A DNA stretch of 64,000 nt from Octopus vulgaris. Its lineage: Eukaryota. Shown here one piece after another: positions 12,409-26,171 of the stretch. The translations under genes and the position numbers were made by a program. Positions within the stretch are counted from its first letter, which is position 1. Every line of letters begins with the position of its first letter. The stretch spans positions 45,632,001 through 45,696,000 of the forward strand of contig OX597829.1 in NCBI GenBank assembly GCA_951406725.2. The letters run 5' to 3'. Below the pieces are notes generated by a model. The model did not search any database, was not told the DNA's origin, and saw only the letters and a list, made by a program, of their open reading frames with translations.

Positions 12409-13171
12409 ATATATATATATATATATAAACCCAGAGGCCCAGTGAAAGGTTGCTAGCAGTGCCTTTCCTCTTCTGACCAAATCCTTAAAAACACACACAG
12501 GCATATACAAAAAAAAAACATTAAAAAAATATACTGAACAAAAAGGAAACTAAGCCAAAAAACAAAAAATATGTAAAAAAAATAAACACCAAGCATTGTG
12601 CATTAATTACATTAATGGGAATTGGAAATTGTTTTCTGCTTACATAAGAAAGAAAGTGATCAATATTCATTTATTGTTTGAGATGTTGTTAATTTCTTTA
12701 TCAATGCCAAGATACTTGAGCTAGTAACCTAAATATTTCCTATGCTAACTAGGTCATTGTCTATATTTATAGTAATCTAGTTCTCTTTTATAAATCCTCT
12801 GTATATCAAGTTTAATCCCAGTTCAAGTCTGGTTGAGAAGAAAAACCTTTGATGGAAAGCATTCCAGCCATGACCATCGTGTTTTTTTTTGTTGTCTTTT
12901 TGTAGTTCCCACACATATCTAAGATATTGAAAGGGTCCTGCCTGTTTTTAAATAAGATTGTAGAGATGTGATTTAGTGGAGAATTAGCTTCTATTTCTAG
13001 CATAACAAGTGGGCATATCAAGGCTCCCTCATTGACTCATATATACACACATATAGTTAGAATTGGAAGTTGTAAATTGAGAGGTATTCAGCTATCTACT
13101 ACATCTTGTAGGCCTAGCTACCTTGTAGAGGTTTTTTGATGGTAGTTTGATACATTTTTATATACATAGCA

Positions 13172-13595
13172 TAGGTACAGGTGTGGCTGTGGTAAAAAGC
13201 TTGCTTCTCAACCACATGGTTCTGAGTTCAGTCCCACTGCATGGAACCTTGGACAAGTGTCTTCTACTACAGCCTCTGGCCAACCATACCTTTTGAGTAG
13301 ATTTGGTAGACAGGAACTGAAAGATGTTTATCGTATAAATGTTCATCGTGTATATGTTCATCGTATATAAAGATGTTCATCATATGTGTTTGTGTCCATC
13401 CCCTCCCATCATCACATGACAACCTGTGTTGATGTGTTTATGTCCCTGTAACTCAACAGTTCGGCAAAAGAGACTGATAGAATAAGTACTAAGCTTACAA
13501 AGGGTTGATTTCTTTGACTAAAAAAAAGAAGACCTTTAAGGCAGTGCTCCAGCATGGCCATAGTCAGTTGATTGAAACAAGTAAAAGAGTAAGAG
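13172..13595 (+). mobile_element. SINE family A, full length
   Basis: tRNA-like head to GAAACAAGTAAAAGAG tail. Confidence 0.85.
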
Positions 13596-14128
13596 AATGG
13601 GGTGTGGTTTATGGATTTTGCTCTCATTTCTAGCATACTGAATGACTACATAGAGGCTCCTTCATTCACAAATGCATGCTTGATTATATTTACATAACAT
13701 AGTATGGTATGATTCTGGAGCATATTTGGTTGCTTTCTCTAACAAAGGGCCTCTCTGACCTGATCGTCACACCTCAAGTAACTTAAAGTTGGTGGAAAAG
13801 AACATATTTTACGACAAAGCAGAACATGAAACAATAAAGGCCAAAATAAAGAAATAAATAAGAAAGAAACTCATTCACTGATTAAATAAAGTATAGTTTC
13901 TTATACTACTATGTGCCTCATTAAAAATGAGGTAACATGATGTTGCTATTTTTCTCAAGAAGCATTAGCAATATACTTCTTCTTAGCCTCCTTTTCATAT
14001 TGATCATGATCATTATCAAGTAAATTGGTAAGACTGTTTAATTAAAGTCCAAAGAAGCCTCTTTTGTTAGAGAAGGCAACCAAGTCTGCTCCCTAAATTA
14101 TATCATACCATACTATATTATGTGTGTG

Positions 14129-14177
<49 letters not shown>

Positions 14178-14764
14178 TTTTCTACTCTAGGCACAAGGCC
14201 CGAAATTTTATGAGAGGGGACCAGTCGATTAGATTGACCCCAGTAAACAAATGGTGCTTAATTTATCGACCCTGAAAAGATGAAAGGCAAAGTCGACTTC
14301 AGTGGAATTTGAACTCAGAACGTAAAGACTATATATATATATTGCATCAGTCATACTGGGACACTGCCTCAAAGAATTTTTAGTTGAATGAATCTCCCCC
14401 CTCCCCCCAACCAGTACTTAAAATTTTTAAAACCTGGTACTTATTCTATTGGTCTCTTTTGCCAAACTATTAAGTTACAGGGATGTAAACCCACCAACAC
14501 CGATTGTCAAGCAGTGGTATAGGACAAACATAGACACAAACATGCAAATATACAAATATATACATATATGTATATATATATGGCAGTCAGCACTTTTTAG
14601 ATGATTATGGTACCTGTTAGTGTATATGTTTCCATTCATGTGCATTAATTACAGCATTAGAGCAGTTTAGTTCTTATTTCTAGCAGTGTAGGTGTTTCCT
14701 AATACCTTAGTTATATTTTGTGACATTTGTAATTCTCCTCTTTGATGAAACCTTGCAAACTGCT

Positions 14765-14807
<43 letters not shown>

Positions 14808-15148
14808 TGATGGGCTTCTTTCAGTTTCTCTCTACCAAATCCACTCACAAGGCTTTGGTTGACCCAATGCTATAGTAGAAAACACTTGTCCAAGGTTCCA
14901 CGCAGTGGGATTGAACCTGGAACATTGTGTTTGGGAAGCAATCTTCTTACCACATGGCTGTGGCTACATGTGTGTGTGTGTGTGGTAATAAAGATGAAAT
15001 GAATGGATAATTTGGATATTACTACATGTTTTAGTACTAAAATATACTATTAACTTACTGCATTATTTAATTTATTTAATTTGGCATAGGAGCAATAGAA
15101 AGTTTCAAGTATTAAAATAATTTAATATACAGTTTGGTTCATTTAAAG

Positions 15149-15456
15149 CAGTGGTTCCCAAAGTGGGCAGTATTGCTCCCCCTGGGGGTGGTGCTAAGTT
15201 CCAAGGGGGCATTGAAGAAAAGTGGAGATGGTGGGGTAGTGATTCATGTAAAAATTGGGATGATAATGGAGTGGCAATTCATGTAAAAAAACACAAAATA
15301 ATGGGTTCATTAGATTAAGTTTTATTTATGAAATACAATTGTTTTGGATTTGCTTTAGATAGAGGTCTATTTGTGATGATTAGTTGGGGTGGGGACGGTA
15401 GGAATGTGGGCCAGGTGTCAAGGGGGCAGCAGCCCAAAAACGTTTGGGAGTCACTG
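15149..15456. mobile_element. hAT (Charlie/MER5-like) MITE
   Basis: TIRs CAGTGGTTCCCAAA / TTTGGGAGTCACTG; perfect 8-bp TSD ATTTAAAG. Confidence 0.9.
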
Positions 15457-15905
15457 ATTTAAAGGATGGTTGGTTAGGTTCATATCAAGCCAGTAATCAA
15501 TTAAAAGCACTAACTTCACATGCAGATCATATTGATTATGTCTAGATCTAGTTTAATGGTTTTAGTAGACTCTGCCTTGATCCTTTATAGATCCATTGTA
15601 ATCAAAACCATATATTTATATATATATAGTAGTCTGGAACAACTGAATCTTTGTCAGTCAGTTGATGGGCTCCACTACCTCAAATGTTCTTAAAATTTAA
15701 ATTCACATCTTTGTCTATATATCTACCTTCTCTATAATGTTGCCACTTGATATGAAAATTTTTGTATTAATGGAAAACCTCTATAATTGGCTGATGAGTA
15801 CTCAGCATTTTAAAACTGTTGTAATACTTACAACATTTAATAAAATGATGTAGTATGAAACGATTGTACCAAGTTACCGGAGTCATTCTTGTTGCTTATT
15901 TTGAG

Positions 15906-15934
<29 letters not shown>

Positions 15935-15941
<7 letters not shown>

Positions 15942-16126
15942 TATAAGAAGGAATTACCACTATGTGGAAACCCTTATGCTAGAAGTAGATCCGCTATGGT
16001 CCTAATCTTACGTTTCTGGTGTTTGCTAAATTTTCCAGAGAACGATTCTTAGTGGTAGGACCATAGCAGATCTACTTCTAGCATATAAAGGTTTCCACAT
16101 AGTGGTAATTCCCTCTTATATGTATG
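15935..16126. repeat. inverted-repeat element, arms about 65-70 bp, spacer about 50 bp
   Basis: GGAATTACCACTATGTGGAAACC...GCTAGAAGTAGATCCGCTATGGTCCTA is reverse-complemented at 16056-16120. Confidence 0.85.
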
Positions 16127-16830
16127 TAATACTATTTACTGAACCTCAGTTTTTTAATATGCTAGACAACTTGTGTTAAATTGATGTTATCAGATTAATA
16201 TCCAAATTTTCACCCTCATTTTAATTTTATATATATATATATATATATCGTCATTGTTTTAATGTCTACTTATTATGCTGGTATGAGCCCAGTAAATTAT
16301 TATGTGTTAATTATTTATGTGTAAATTATTTAGTGTTGCTGTGCTCTCCTGAATAATTAGACCATATCATACTCATTCATTCCATTTTGGGAACAGCTGG
16401 CAGCTAGATACATGCCTCTGTACGTGGGCTTATATGGCTAAATAATAGTTATATATTTACATATATTTGCATATGCTTGTATGTATGTGTTTGTGACTGT
16501 AAGCTCAATGTGTGTGGTTATGTGTCTGATTCATGTGATTACATATACATGACACACAATCAATCAATCAATACATAGTTATCTTGCGTAGTTATTGATT
16601 TATTGATTATTAATTGTAAGTTTTTTTTGGTTTTTTTTTAACACATTAGGGTCTAATCTGTTAATGTTTCCAACCAGCATTAAGTGCACTATATATATAT
16701 ATGCAGGGATCAGTAATAATAGAAATAGGTCTTTAAGAGTACATGCCTTGCTGTCAGCGCTGTACATCAGAACTATATCAGAGAAACTATAGATCTCCAA
16801 TAAAATTCATACACACTCACATCACATTCA

Positions 16831-16878
<48 letters not shown>

Positions 16879-17303
16879 GACAAAATAACTGGTTTGAAAC
16901 AAAAAAAAAATAGCTAAGATCATAATTATTCAAACTGATTATTTGTTAGCTACTTGAGTTTTTAAACGCATGAATGAAGTGGGCATAGACGTGGTTGAGT
17001 GACTCTAAGAAGCTCGCTTTCCAGTCACATGGTTCTCGGTTCACTCCCATCGTGTGGCGCCTTGTACTAGTGTCTTCTACTGTGGTTCAATGCTGACCAA
17101 AGCCTTGTAAGTGGATTCGACAGATAGAAACTGAAAGAAGCCCATCATATATGTATATGTGTGTTTGTGTAAATAACTTTCTATTTCTTTCTTGTGTATA
17201 CTTTTCTCTCACTGGTTGTAAGCCATGACTTTGCTACCAATAGTTTTTGCTTGCAGTCCACTGTGATAACACTTCTGGGCTTCTTAACATGTCTTGACGT
17301 TAA

Positions 17304-17508
17304 TACAGTTCTATATTTAAGAGATGAGGATTTATGTACATTATTTACAGGAGTGGCTGTGTGGTAAGTAGCTTGTTTACCAACCACATGGTTCCAGGTT
17401 CAGTCCCACTGCGTGGCACCTTGGGCAAGTGTCTTCTACTATAGCCTCGGGCCGACCAAAGCCTTGTGAGTGGATTTGGTAGACGGAAACTGAAAGAAGC
17501 CCGTCGTA

Positions 17509-17562
<54 letters not shown>

Positions 17563-17995
17563 TGTGTGTGTTTGTGTATCTGTGTTTGTTCCCCTAGCAT
17601 TGCTTGACAACCGATGCTGGTGTGTTTATGTCCCCGTTACTTAGCGGTTCGGCAAAGAGACTGATAGAATAAGTACTGGGCTTACAAAAGAATAAGTCTC
17701 GGGGTCGAGTTGCTCGATTCAAGGCAGTGCTCCAGCATGGCCACAGTCAAATGACTGAAACAAGTAAAAGAGTAAAGAGTAAAGAGTATTTACATTTGAC
17801 AGATATTTGTCCTCATCTTGTTTGTTGTTAACACATTTCGATTAAATAATAATATCGAAAAATATCTTAGGAATGAGATCCCAGGTTCGAAATTTCCCCA
17901 AGACACCTAATGAAGGTTGGAGGGTATATCAGCTGATACATTGTGTTAACGACAAACAGGATGAGGACTAATATCCGTCAAATGTAAATAATGTA
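17304..17995. mobile_element. family E palindromic element (Penelope-like tail), interrupted by SINE A
   Basis: Left arm TACATTATTTACA|TTTGACAGATATTTGTCCTCATCTTG is inverted at 17945-17995; decayed hammerhead at about 17902-17948. Confidence 0.8.
17350..17786 (+). mobile_element. SINE family A, young full-length copy
   Basis: A/B boxes, internal (TA)n, (GTAAAGA)n tail; 8-bp TSD TATTTACA at 17342 and 17787. Confidence 0.93.
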
Positions 17996-19521
17996 TTGAC
18001 GTGTTGTGAGATTATTGTAAACAAAAGGGCTCATTCATAAAGGTGTCATTTGATTCCAGTTTCCCATGTAAGCTTGTCCAGGTTGTTTGTTGTTTGATAG
18101 AACTGAGTTACTATTATCACACCTGGAAACAGGTTGGGGTTGGCTGTGGGAAAGGAATTTGGTTGCAGAAAACTCTACCTTAACATATTCTTGCCTGACA
18201 TGGTTGTGTGACTAAGAAGTTCTCTTCCCAGTCAGATGATTCTGGGTTCAGTTCCACTGTGTGGCATCTTGGGCAAGCATTTTCTACTGTAGTTTCAGAC
18301 TGACCAAAGCCTTGTAAATAGATTTGGTAGACAAAAACTGAAAGAATCATACTGTATATTTATGTGTGTGTGTGTGTGTTTGTGTGAGTAATTTACAAGT
18401 ATGAAAAAGATGTTGAAGCCACACTACTTCTCATGATGAACAAACTGTACATCATGTATTGAGTACTACTTTCTTTAATAATCTGTAGCATTTATATAAT
18501 GCTGCAAAGCATTTTGCCTAGCATGCTAACGGTTCTGCCAGTCAACCCACCTTATTCATAAAAATACACGCACGCACGCGTAGAAAACAAGCAGTATTTG
18601 CTTGTTTTCTCAACAAGGAATATCACTTGTGGCTGGGCGACGCCAACACAGCACCCACCTTGTGGCGTGGGTGATGGCGGAGGATGGGGTCATAAGTGAT
18701 GTTGGGGAGGAATATGGATAAGAGGTTGAAAAGCTTCAGTGTTATTGAAAGTTCCTAGCCTGGTAAAAAAAAAAAAAAAGAGGTAAGAGGCTTAGTGCCT
18801 CATTTTATTATTGAATTATGAACAATGTAAGAGGTTTGTTGCCTCATGAATAATATAAGAGATCAATGTTCTCGGGGAAAAAAACGATTGGTGGGCGTCG
18901 CTTTTTCCCCCATTAATCATCATTTTCATTTTTCATTTCATATAACATTAGGTCGGTGTCCAGCCCGAAGCTTCCTATCTCTATGTAAGGCCTTTATGGC
19001 CAATATAATGAAATAAGCAGTATTTGCAACCACATAAAGGATCCCTGTTCTGCGACAGTTGCAGCTCTTGTTGTTTAATCCAAGATCAAGTCTAACTGAG
19101 CTGGTCTACAATAAGGTGTCTAGCTGTAGGCTTCCTGTTTTTTTTTTTGTATATAAGAATTTACGTCATGTAATGTATCCTTCCTCTTTCAAGAAAGGGT
19201 GGAGAATAGAGACCAAAAGCAACAGCTGACTGCAAAAGCACCTTGAGTGGTACCCAAATGACTGGATGCAGCAATTAAGGGAACATGATGATGTAAACAG
19301 TTGGGTTATAATTTGAATAGTAGAGTAAGAGTTTGACTCTTATTTATATTAGAAGTAAACTGATAGCGGTTTCTTTATTTGTTTAGTGACTATTGTTGTT
19401 GTTGTTCTAATCATTAAGTTCCAGTAATATGGTCAATGGAACTTCAGCTATGATTATTCTGTCTTTTATTTGGTATATCTAGAAATACAGTATACAAAAC
19501 AGGGTATAACTCCAGGGGTGA

Positions 19522-19840
19522 AGGCACGTGGCTTAATGGTTAGGGCATTTGGCTCACAATCGTAAGGTCATGAGTTCGATTCCTGGCGACGCGTTGTGTC
19601 CTTGAGCAAGACACTTTATTTCAAGTTGCTCCAGTCCACTCAGCTGGCAAAAATGAGTTGTACCTGTATTTCAAAGGGCTGGCCTTGTCACACTGTGTCG
19701 CGCTGAGTCTCCCCGAGAACTACATTAGGGGTACACGTGTCTGTGGAGTGCTCAGCCACTTGCAATTTAATTTCACAAGCAAGCTGTTCCATTGATCGTA
19801 TCAGCTGGGGCCCCCGTCATCTTAACCGAAGGAATGCTCC
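19522..19840 (+). mobile_element. SINE family D (tRNA head plus CORE-like segment)
   Basis: GGCACGTGGCTTAATGGTTAGG...GAGTTCGATTCC...TGTCCTTGAGCAAGACACTTTA...CCACTCAGCTG. Confidence 0.85.
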
Positions 19841-20989
19841 TATAACTCTAGGGAATCTAGGTAATTGGTGTCACCACCCAATGACATGTGGATTCCACCT
19901 GATCAGCTTTTTCATAACTTCTGTCTCTTTAATTTCATTCATAAGGCTTGGGTTTCGGTTTGAGACTATGGTAGAAGACACATGCACAAGTCAGGTACAG
20001 CGCAGTGCTGTGCTGTGCACTGGGATCAAATCCTCTATCCTCTGTGACATGATTGTGAAGAAGCTTCTAAACTACATGTCCTGCCAGTATTAAAAGAAAA
20101 AAAATCTCTACATTTTATTAATTACAAAAAATAATTTTTTCTGCATTTTTTTAATTCTTACTGCATTTAAAAGATGCAGGTATAGACAGGATTGATAGAT
20201 GCTGCTGTCAGGAATATTGTAACGGTAAAACACCAAAGACCAAATTTCAGTAACACAAGAATGGTGTGGGTGTGTCTATGAAACTTGCTTCCCAACCATA
20301 TATATGGTCTTGGGTTCAGTCCCATTGTGTAGCACCTTGGGCAATTGTGTGTATGTGTGTATTTTTACATATAATGTGAAAGTGCGTGGCTCAGTGGTTA
20401 GAATAAATCTGCTTCTTCTGGTGATTTTACAACACTTCCTACCAGTTCTAATCTTGAAGTCAATCAGTTTCTCTGTGGCTGAGAATAATTTTATTGTCTT
20501 GAAATTATTACTTGTCCATTTGAAAAGCTGTCTTTTCACTTCCTTACATCTGTGTTCTCATTTCTTTTCCCTCTGTTTATAATATATAATATGTGACAGA
20601 AGCAAAAGAGAGAGGGAGACAAAGTTTGTGTTAATGTGTTTGTACATAGATATAGAAACATTTTATTTAGACACACACACTCATACACATTTATTTAGAG
20701 TTTTCTCTTACTTTCCATTGAAATCTACCTTCACTATTTCATTTCCAAACCTCCCTCTCAACAACACATACTTATTTGATGCACACACCCCTCTCTCTCT
20801 CCTTCAATGCAACCATAGTCTATTCTTTTCCACACTCTTAAAGCGTTACAGAAAGTGGGTAACCAACAAACATAAATACAACACACTTCATACCTGTCTA
20901 TAATATCAATAATACTAATCACTATTTCGATAATGGTAATTTTCTAAAATAGGTAAACACCACAAATTTTGAAAGAAAATGGTGTAGTG

Positions 20990-21290
20990 ACACTTGGGCA
21001 CTGATTTAGGCCGTTGCCAGCACCGCCTTGGCTGGCTTCCATGCTGGTGGCATGTTAAAAGCTCCAACCGATCGTGGCTGATGCCGGACCCCCCTGGCAC
21101 CTGTGCAGGTGGCACGTAAAAAGCACCCACTACACTCGCGGAGTGGTTGGCGTTAGGAAGGGCATCCAGCTGTAGAAACTCTGCCAGATCAGACTGGAAC
21201 CTGGTGCAGCCCCTGGCTTCCCAGACCCCGGTCGAACCATCCAACCCGTGCTAGCGCGGAAAACGGACGTTAAACGATGATGATGATGAT
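20990..21290 (+). mobile_element. family C (RTE-like 3' end)
   Basis: GGTGGCACGTAAAAAGCACCC...GTGGTTGGCGTTAGGAAGGGCATCCAGC...(GAT)n. Confidence 0.85.
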
Positions 21291-21345
21291 GTGTATATAC
21301 ATATGTTCAATATACATCAATTGATTATTTTTTTCCCCCTTTCAG

Positions 21346-21376
21346 CCTGTTTTGTATCTAATTAGTCATAGTATTT
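21346..21376 (+). CDS. possible short exon (PVLYLISHSI, phase 0 to 1)
   Basis: Strong acceptor TTTTTTTCCCCCTTTCAG and donor GTAAGT; open frame; short, so could be chance. Confidence 0.2.
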
Positions 21377-22182
21377 GTAAGTTCACTGCTTCTATATAAA
21401 TGCTGTTTATCTAGTATCCTCCACATTGCATTCACAGATGCCGGATGCTATTCTTCCCCGTAATCCATCTTAATTATTTGCCATTTGTCTCCATGGAAAC
21501 TGTGCGATCAATAAAAAAAAAAAAAAAAAAAAAAACCCCAGAAAACTAAGGAAAAGAAAGTTCTGTAGTTTGTGTAGCGATTCGCAGTCATTGTAAGCAT
21601 GCACACACGTGTGTACACACGCGTGTACACACTCTGAGAGGTTTTGATTTTTTTTCTTGGGCAAACAGATTTTTTTTTTTAGATTTCGGTGAAGCAGGTT
21701 TTAATTACAGAAATGGAATGCCCAGGAAAAATAAATGAACTGGAAGTTGTAATAGTTTTGGTTGTTGTTGTTGTTGTTGTTGTTGTTGTCGTTGCTGTAG
21801 CTACTCTTGTAGCCTTGGTAAATTCTGTTTGCACTGATCTTTACTTACAGAATTAGTCAATCAAGTGCTTAGTAGCAGCCTATGAGTACAGCAGACTGGA
21901 TATGCAGATATACAATTTTAGTAGACCAGTACCATGTCGTACACACGTACACATAAAGAAAAAAAAAAAGAAACTGTACGATATGCACACACGCACACAC
22001 ACACACATGCACACACACACATGCACACACACACACGCACATACACACACACACTTGTATATATTTTCCTCTATGTATGTATATGTGTATATATTTACTG
22101 ATATGTATGTATATGTGTGTATATATGCCTTGTTAGTGGACTTGGTAGATGGAAACTGAAAAAGAAAACTTGTGTGTATGTC

Positions 22183-22407
22183 AGTACCACTTTAATATAC
22201 AGTCTACCTGGTCATTTACCTGGCCAGTTTTCCTCGCCATTTAGAATGCAATATAACTCTAAGCCTAACACTAACCCTAAATCTTAATCCTTCTAAAACC
22301 TAACACTAGCCTTACAACCTGACTCCAAACCCTCACCCTATTCTTAATCCAGACCTGGTCATTTCACAGCATTGATACTGTGGTAGACCACATACTAAAG
22401 TTGCACT
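22183..22407. mobile_element. old MITE-like element with internal degenerate (CCCTAA)n
   Basis: Imperfect TIRs GTACCACTTTAATATACAGTCTACC / GGTAGACCACATACTAAAGTTGCAC; telomere-like hexamers at 22255-22350. Confidence 0.55.
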
Positions 22408-22965
22408 CTTTTGTCTTTGACGGGCATACTTTGGTATTTCTCATCTCTTAGGTTTAACATTCTATGTTCCTCGAGTATGGCATGGAAAGTTATGATAAAC
22501 AGGAGGGATCTGAAAATGGAGCCCTTGATGGTACACACATCATCATCGTTTTAATGTCCACTTTTCCATGCTTGTATGAATCAGATGGTGTTTATAGAGA
22601 CAGGTATTTTTGACAGGATGCCAACTCTCACATACTTCCAAGCAAAGGTAATATTTCCCCATGGCTGGGCATTTTTTGCAGAATATTGGAAACGAATGAC
22701 ACTGCTTCTATAGCAGTGACAGACATTTACAACTATTATGTGATGTCAACACAAGGCAACAGAAACACCTACACTCACATACATATATACATACACTCAA
22801 TGGCTTTTTACCAGTTTCCATTCACCAAATCTATTGACTAGGCTTTGATCAGCTCAAGGCTATAGTAGAAGACACTTGCCCAAGGTGCCACTCAGTGGGA
22901 CTGAACATGAAACCATGTTGTTGGGAAGCAATATCTTACCACCCAGGCGGTAAGCTGGCAGAATC

Positions 22966-23360
22966 ATTAGCACGCCGGGTGAAATGCTTGGCAATATTTC
23001 GTCTGCCGTTACATTCTGAGTTCAAATTCCGCTGAGGTCGACTTTGCCTTTCATCCTTTTGGGGTCGATTAAATAAGTACCAGTTACGCACTGGGGTCGA
23101 TACAATCCACTTAATCCGTTTGTCTGTTCTTATTTGTCCTCTCTGTGTTTTGCCCCTTGTGGATAGTAAAGAAATAGGTATTTCGTCTTCCGTTACATTC
23201 TGGGTTCAAATTCTGCTGAGGTCGACTTTTCCTTTCATCCTTTTGGGCTCGATTAAATAAGTACCAGTTATGCACTGTGATCGATGTAATCAACTTAATC
23301 CCTTTGTCCTTGTTTGTCCCCTCTGTCTTTAGTCCACTGTGGGCAATAAATAAATAAATA
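22966..23360 (+). mobile_element. SINE family B with duplicated body
   Basis: ATTTCGTCT...GGTCGACTTT...GTACCAGTTA occurs twice in tandem. Confidence 0.85.
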
Positions 23361-23524
23361 TCTTACCACCCAGGCATGTCTATATCTAATCACATGCATG
23401 CAAAATCTGTTGCTGAATCTATGTATTTGTGTGAGAGAATTGATGAGTAATTTTTTTATATATAAGCAATTAAGTATTAGACCCAGATGGAAATTGAAAG
23501 AAGCCCATCATGTGTGTGTGTGTA

Positions 23525-23565
<41 letters not shown>

Positions 23566-23567
<2 letters not shown>

Positions 23568-23981
23568 TCTTTACTCTTGTACTTGTTTCAGTCATTTGAC
23601 TGCGGCCATGCTGGAGCACCGCCTTTAGTCGAAGAAATCAACCCCAGGACTTATTCTTTGTAAGCCTAGTACTTATTATATCGGTCTCTTTTACCGAACT
23701 GCCAAGTTACAGGGACGTAAACACACCAGCATCGGTTGTCAAATGATGCTGGGGGACGAACACAGACACACAAACAGAAACACACATATATATATATATA
23801 CATACATATATACAACGGGCTTCTTTCTGTTTCCGTCTACCATAAGCACTCAAAAGGCTTTCGTTGGCCTGAGGCTATAGTAGAAGACACTTGCCCAAGG
23901 TGCCATGCAGTGATACTGAACCTGGAACCATGTGCTTGGTAATCAGGTAATCAGGCTACTTACCACACAGCCACTCCTGTG

Positions 23982-23983
<2 letters not shown>
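23566..23983 (-). mobile_element. SINE family A, full length
   Basis: Reverse match to the 17350 copy. Confidence 0.9.
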
Positions 23984-24025
<42 letters not shown>

Positions 24026-24587
24026 GTTTGTGTTTGACCCTCCCACCACCATCGGTTGCTGGTGTGTCTATGTCCCCGTAATTTAGCAGTTCAGCAAAAG
24101 ACTCCAATAGAATAAGTACCAGGCTTACAAAGAATAAGTTCTGGGGTCGATTTGCTTGACTAAAAGACAGTGCTCCAGCTTGGGTGCAGTCAAATGACTG
24201 AAATGAGTAAAAGAGTAAAAAAAAAAAAAATTATCATATCAATGGTGACAGGTTTCCAACCAATCAGTGACTAGTGCTGTGCATTTTGAGAAATTTCTTC
24301 ATTTCTTACCGACATTTATGTCCTTTACTGATAGACATCAGTAAAAGACAGACAGTGTAGATGTATAAATTGATGGGATACTCACTATTGGAATGTATTT
24401 GATTACAGGTATTTTTTTTTTATCAGGGCTACTTGGGACTAAACAACTTTTGTAATTTGGCAAAAGGCCCCCTATTTTGAGGGGAGGGGGAAAGAATGAA
24501 AGACAAAGGTGACCTCAGTGACATTTGAGCCCTGAATGTAAAGATTGTGAAGAAATATTGCCACATATTTTGCCTTGTAATGATTCT

Positions 24588-24818
24588 TATTTCTTTATTG
24601 CCCACAAGGGGCTAAACGCAGAGGGGACAAACAACGACAGACAAAGGGATCAAGTCGATTATATCGACCCCAGTGCGTAACTTGTACTTATTTAATCGAC
24701 CTCGAAAGGATGAAAGGCAAAGTTGACCTCGGCGGAATTTGAACTCAGAATGCAGTGGCAGACGAAACACTGCTATGCATTTCGCCCGGCGTGCTCACGT
24801 TTCTGCCAGCTTGCCGCC
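24588..24818 (-). mobile_element. young SINE B inserted into an older SINE B
   Basis: TSD TGTAAYGATTCT; degenerate B sequence on both flanks (24490-24845). Confidence 0.8.
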
Positions 24819-25039
24819 TTGTAACGATTCTGCCAGCTTGCTGCCTTTACCTAGGACCAAGCAACAACAACAACATCAACAACACCAACAACAACAGGTG
24901 GATTAGAAGCTGATTTGTCTGTGGTTTAATTTGGTAGTATCAGTATTATAGTTCAAGTCCTGTTAATTGACTTATTCTTTTTTTAACCTCTTAGCAACAT
25001 GGCTTGCAAGGTTAACTGCTTTTCATTTAAGCGCGCAGA

Positions 25040-25451
25040 TACATACATACACACACACACACACGCTCACACACATGCTCACAGGCGCACACATACACAC
25101 ACATGCTCACGCACAAGCACAGACACACATGCTCACACACACACACACACACACACGTGCACAGGCACATACATACATAGACACATGCTCATGCTCACAC
25201 ACACGTGCGCAGGCACAAACATACACACACACATGCACAGACACGCACACAGACACATGCAGAGGCACACACATAAACACACACATGCACAGGTGCACAC
25301 ACACAGACACACACAAACTCACACATGCTCACACACATGCACAGACACACACACACATGCTCATACACATGCACAGACACACACACACACATATGCTCAC
25401 ACACATATGCTCACACACATATGCTCACACACATGCACAGACACACATACA

Positions 25452-25512
<61 letters not shown>
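25040..25512. repeat. (CA)n-derived microsatellite with CACATGC interruptions
   Basis: Direct reading. Confidence 0.95.
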
Positions 25513-25515
<3 letters not shown>

Positions 25516-26171
25516 CATACTTTTGTTACTATATGTGTTTGTTGCTATGACACCAGACTATGTGTATGTGTGTGTTTTGTTTTTCTTTTATTATGAAAAT
25601 TTGCTATGTTATCAGGTCACCTGTGATTGTGGGGGAGGGGTTGATATTGTGTAGCCACAGTCAGCTTTATTCAAGCATGGAATAACATAGGGTGGTGGGA
25701 TGCCATATATCATCAAATTATTTAACTTTTCTCATTAGTTTACTGTTAATTTTTCAGTTCCACCACCCTCTCATACCCACTGCTTTCATACAGCCAATGA
25801 AAAATGACTTTGGACTGTTAGAATTACCTTCAAAATCTTTTTGACGGATGGTCACAGCTGGAATGTCTTTGATTATAAGTATGCTCAGTATGAGCAGATC
25901 TGGTGTGTAAACAACAATAATGGCCTGGGAACAATGCAGGATCCTCTATATGGTCACTTGTGCTGCTAAAAATAGCACCCATGTATCAGTTCAAATGCTA
26001 CCATACCAGAAAAAGAGGGACACATTGGCTAATGTAGATACATGAAATAGTGGGATGATCACAACATCATCTGTTTAATCTGCTGGGATTAATTAAATTT
26101 TCACTGAAGTACTGTGGTTGATTTTTTTCTCTCTGTCTCTCTCTCCTTGCTCTCCCTCCCTCTTATATACA

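Noticed and set aside
15785-15830. CTGATGA hammerhead candidate (also at 32374 and 41023)
   Set aside because: No correctly placed GAAA plus NUH plus closing stem I.
18660-18760. - strand exon with strong poly-T acceptor and AAG|GTGGGT donor
   Set aside because: It has stops in all three frames.
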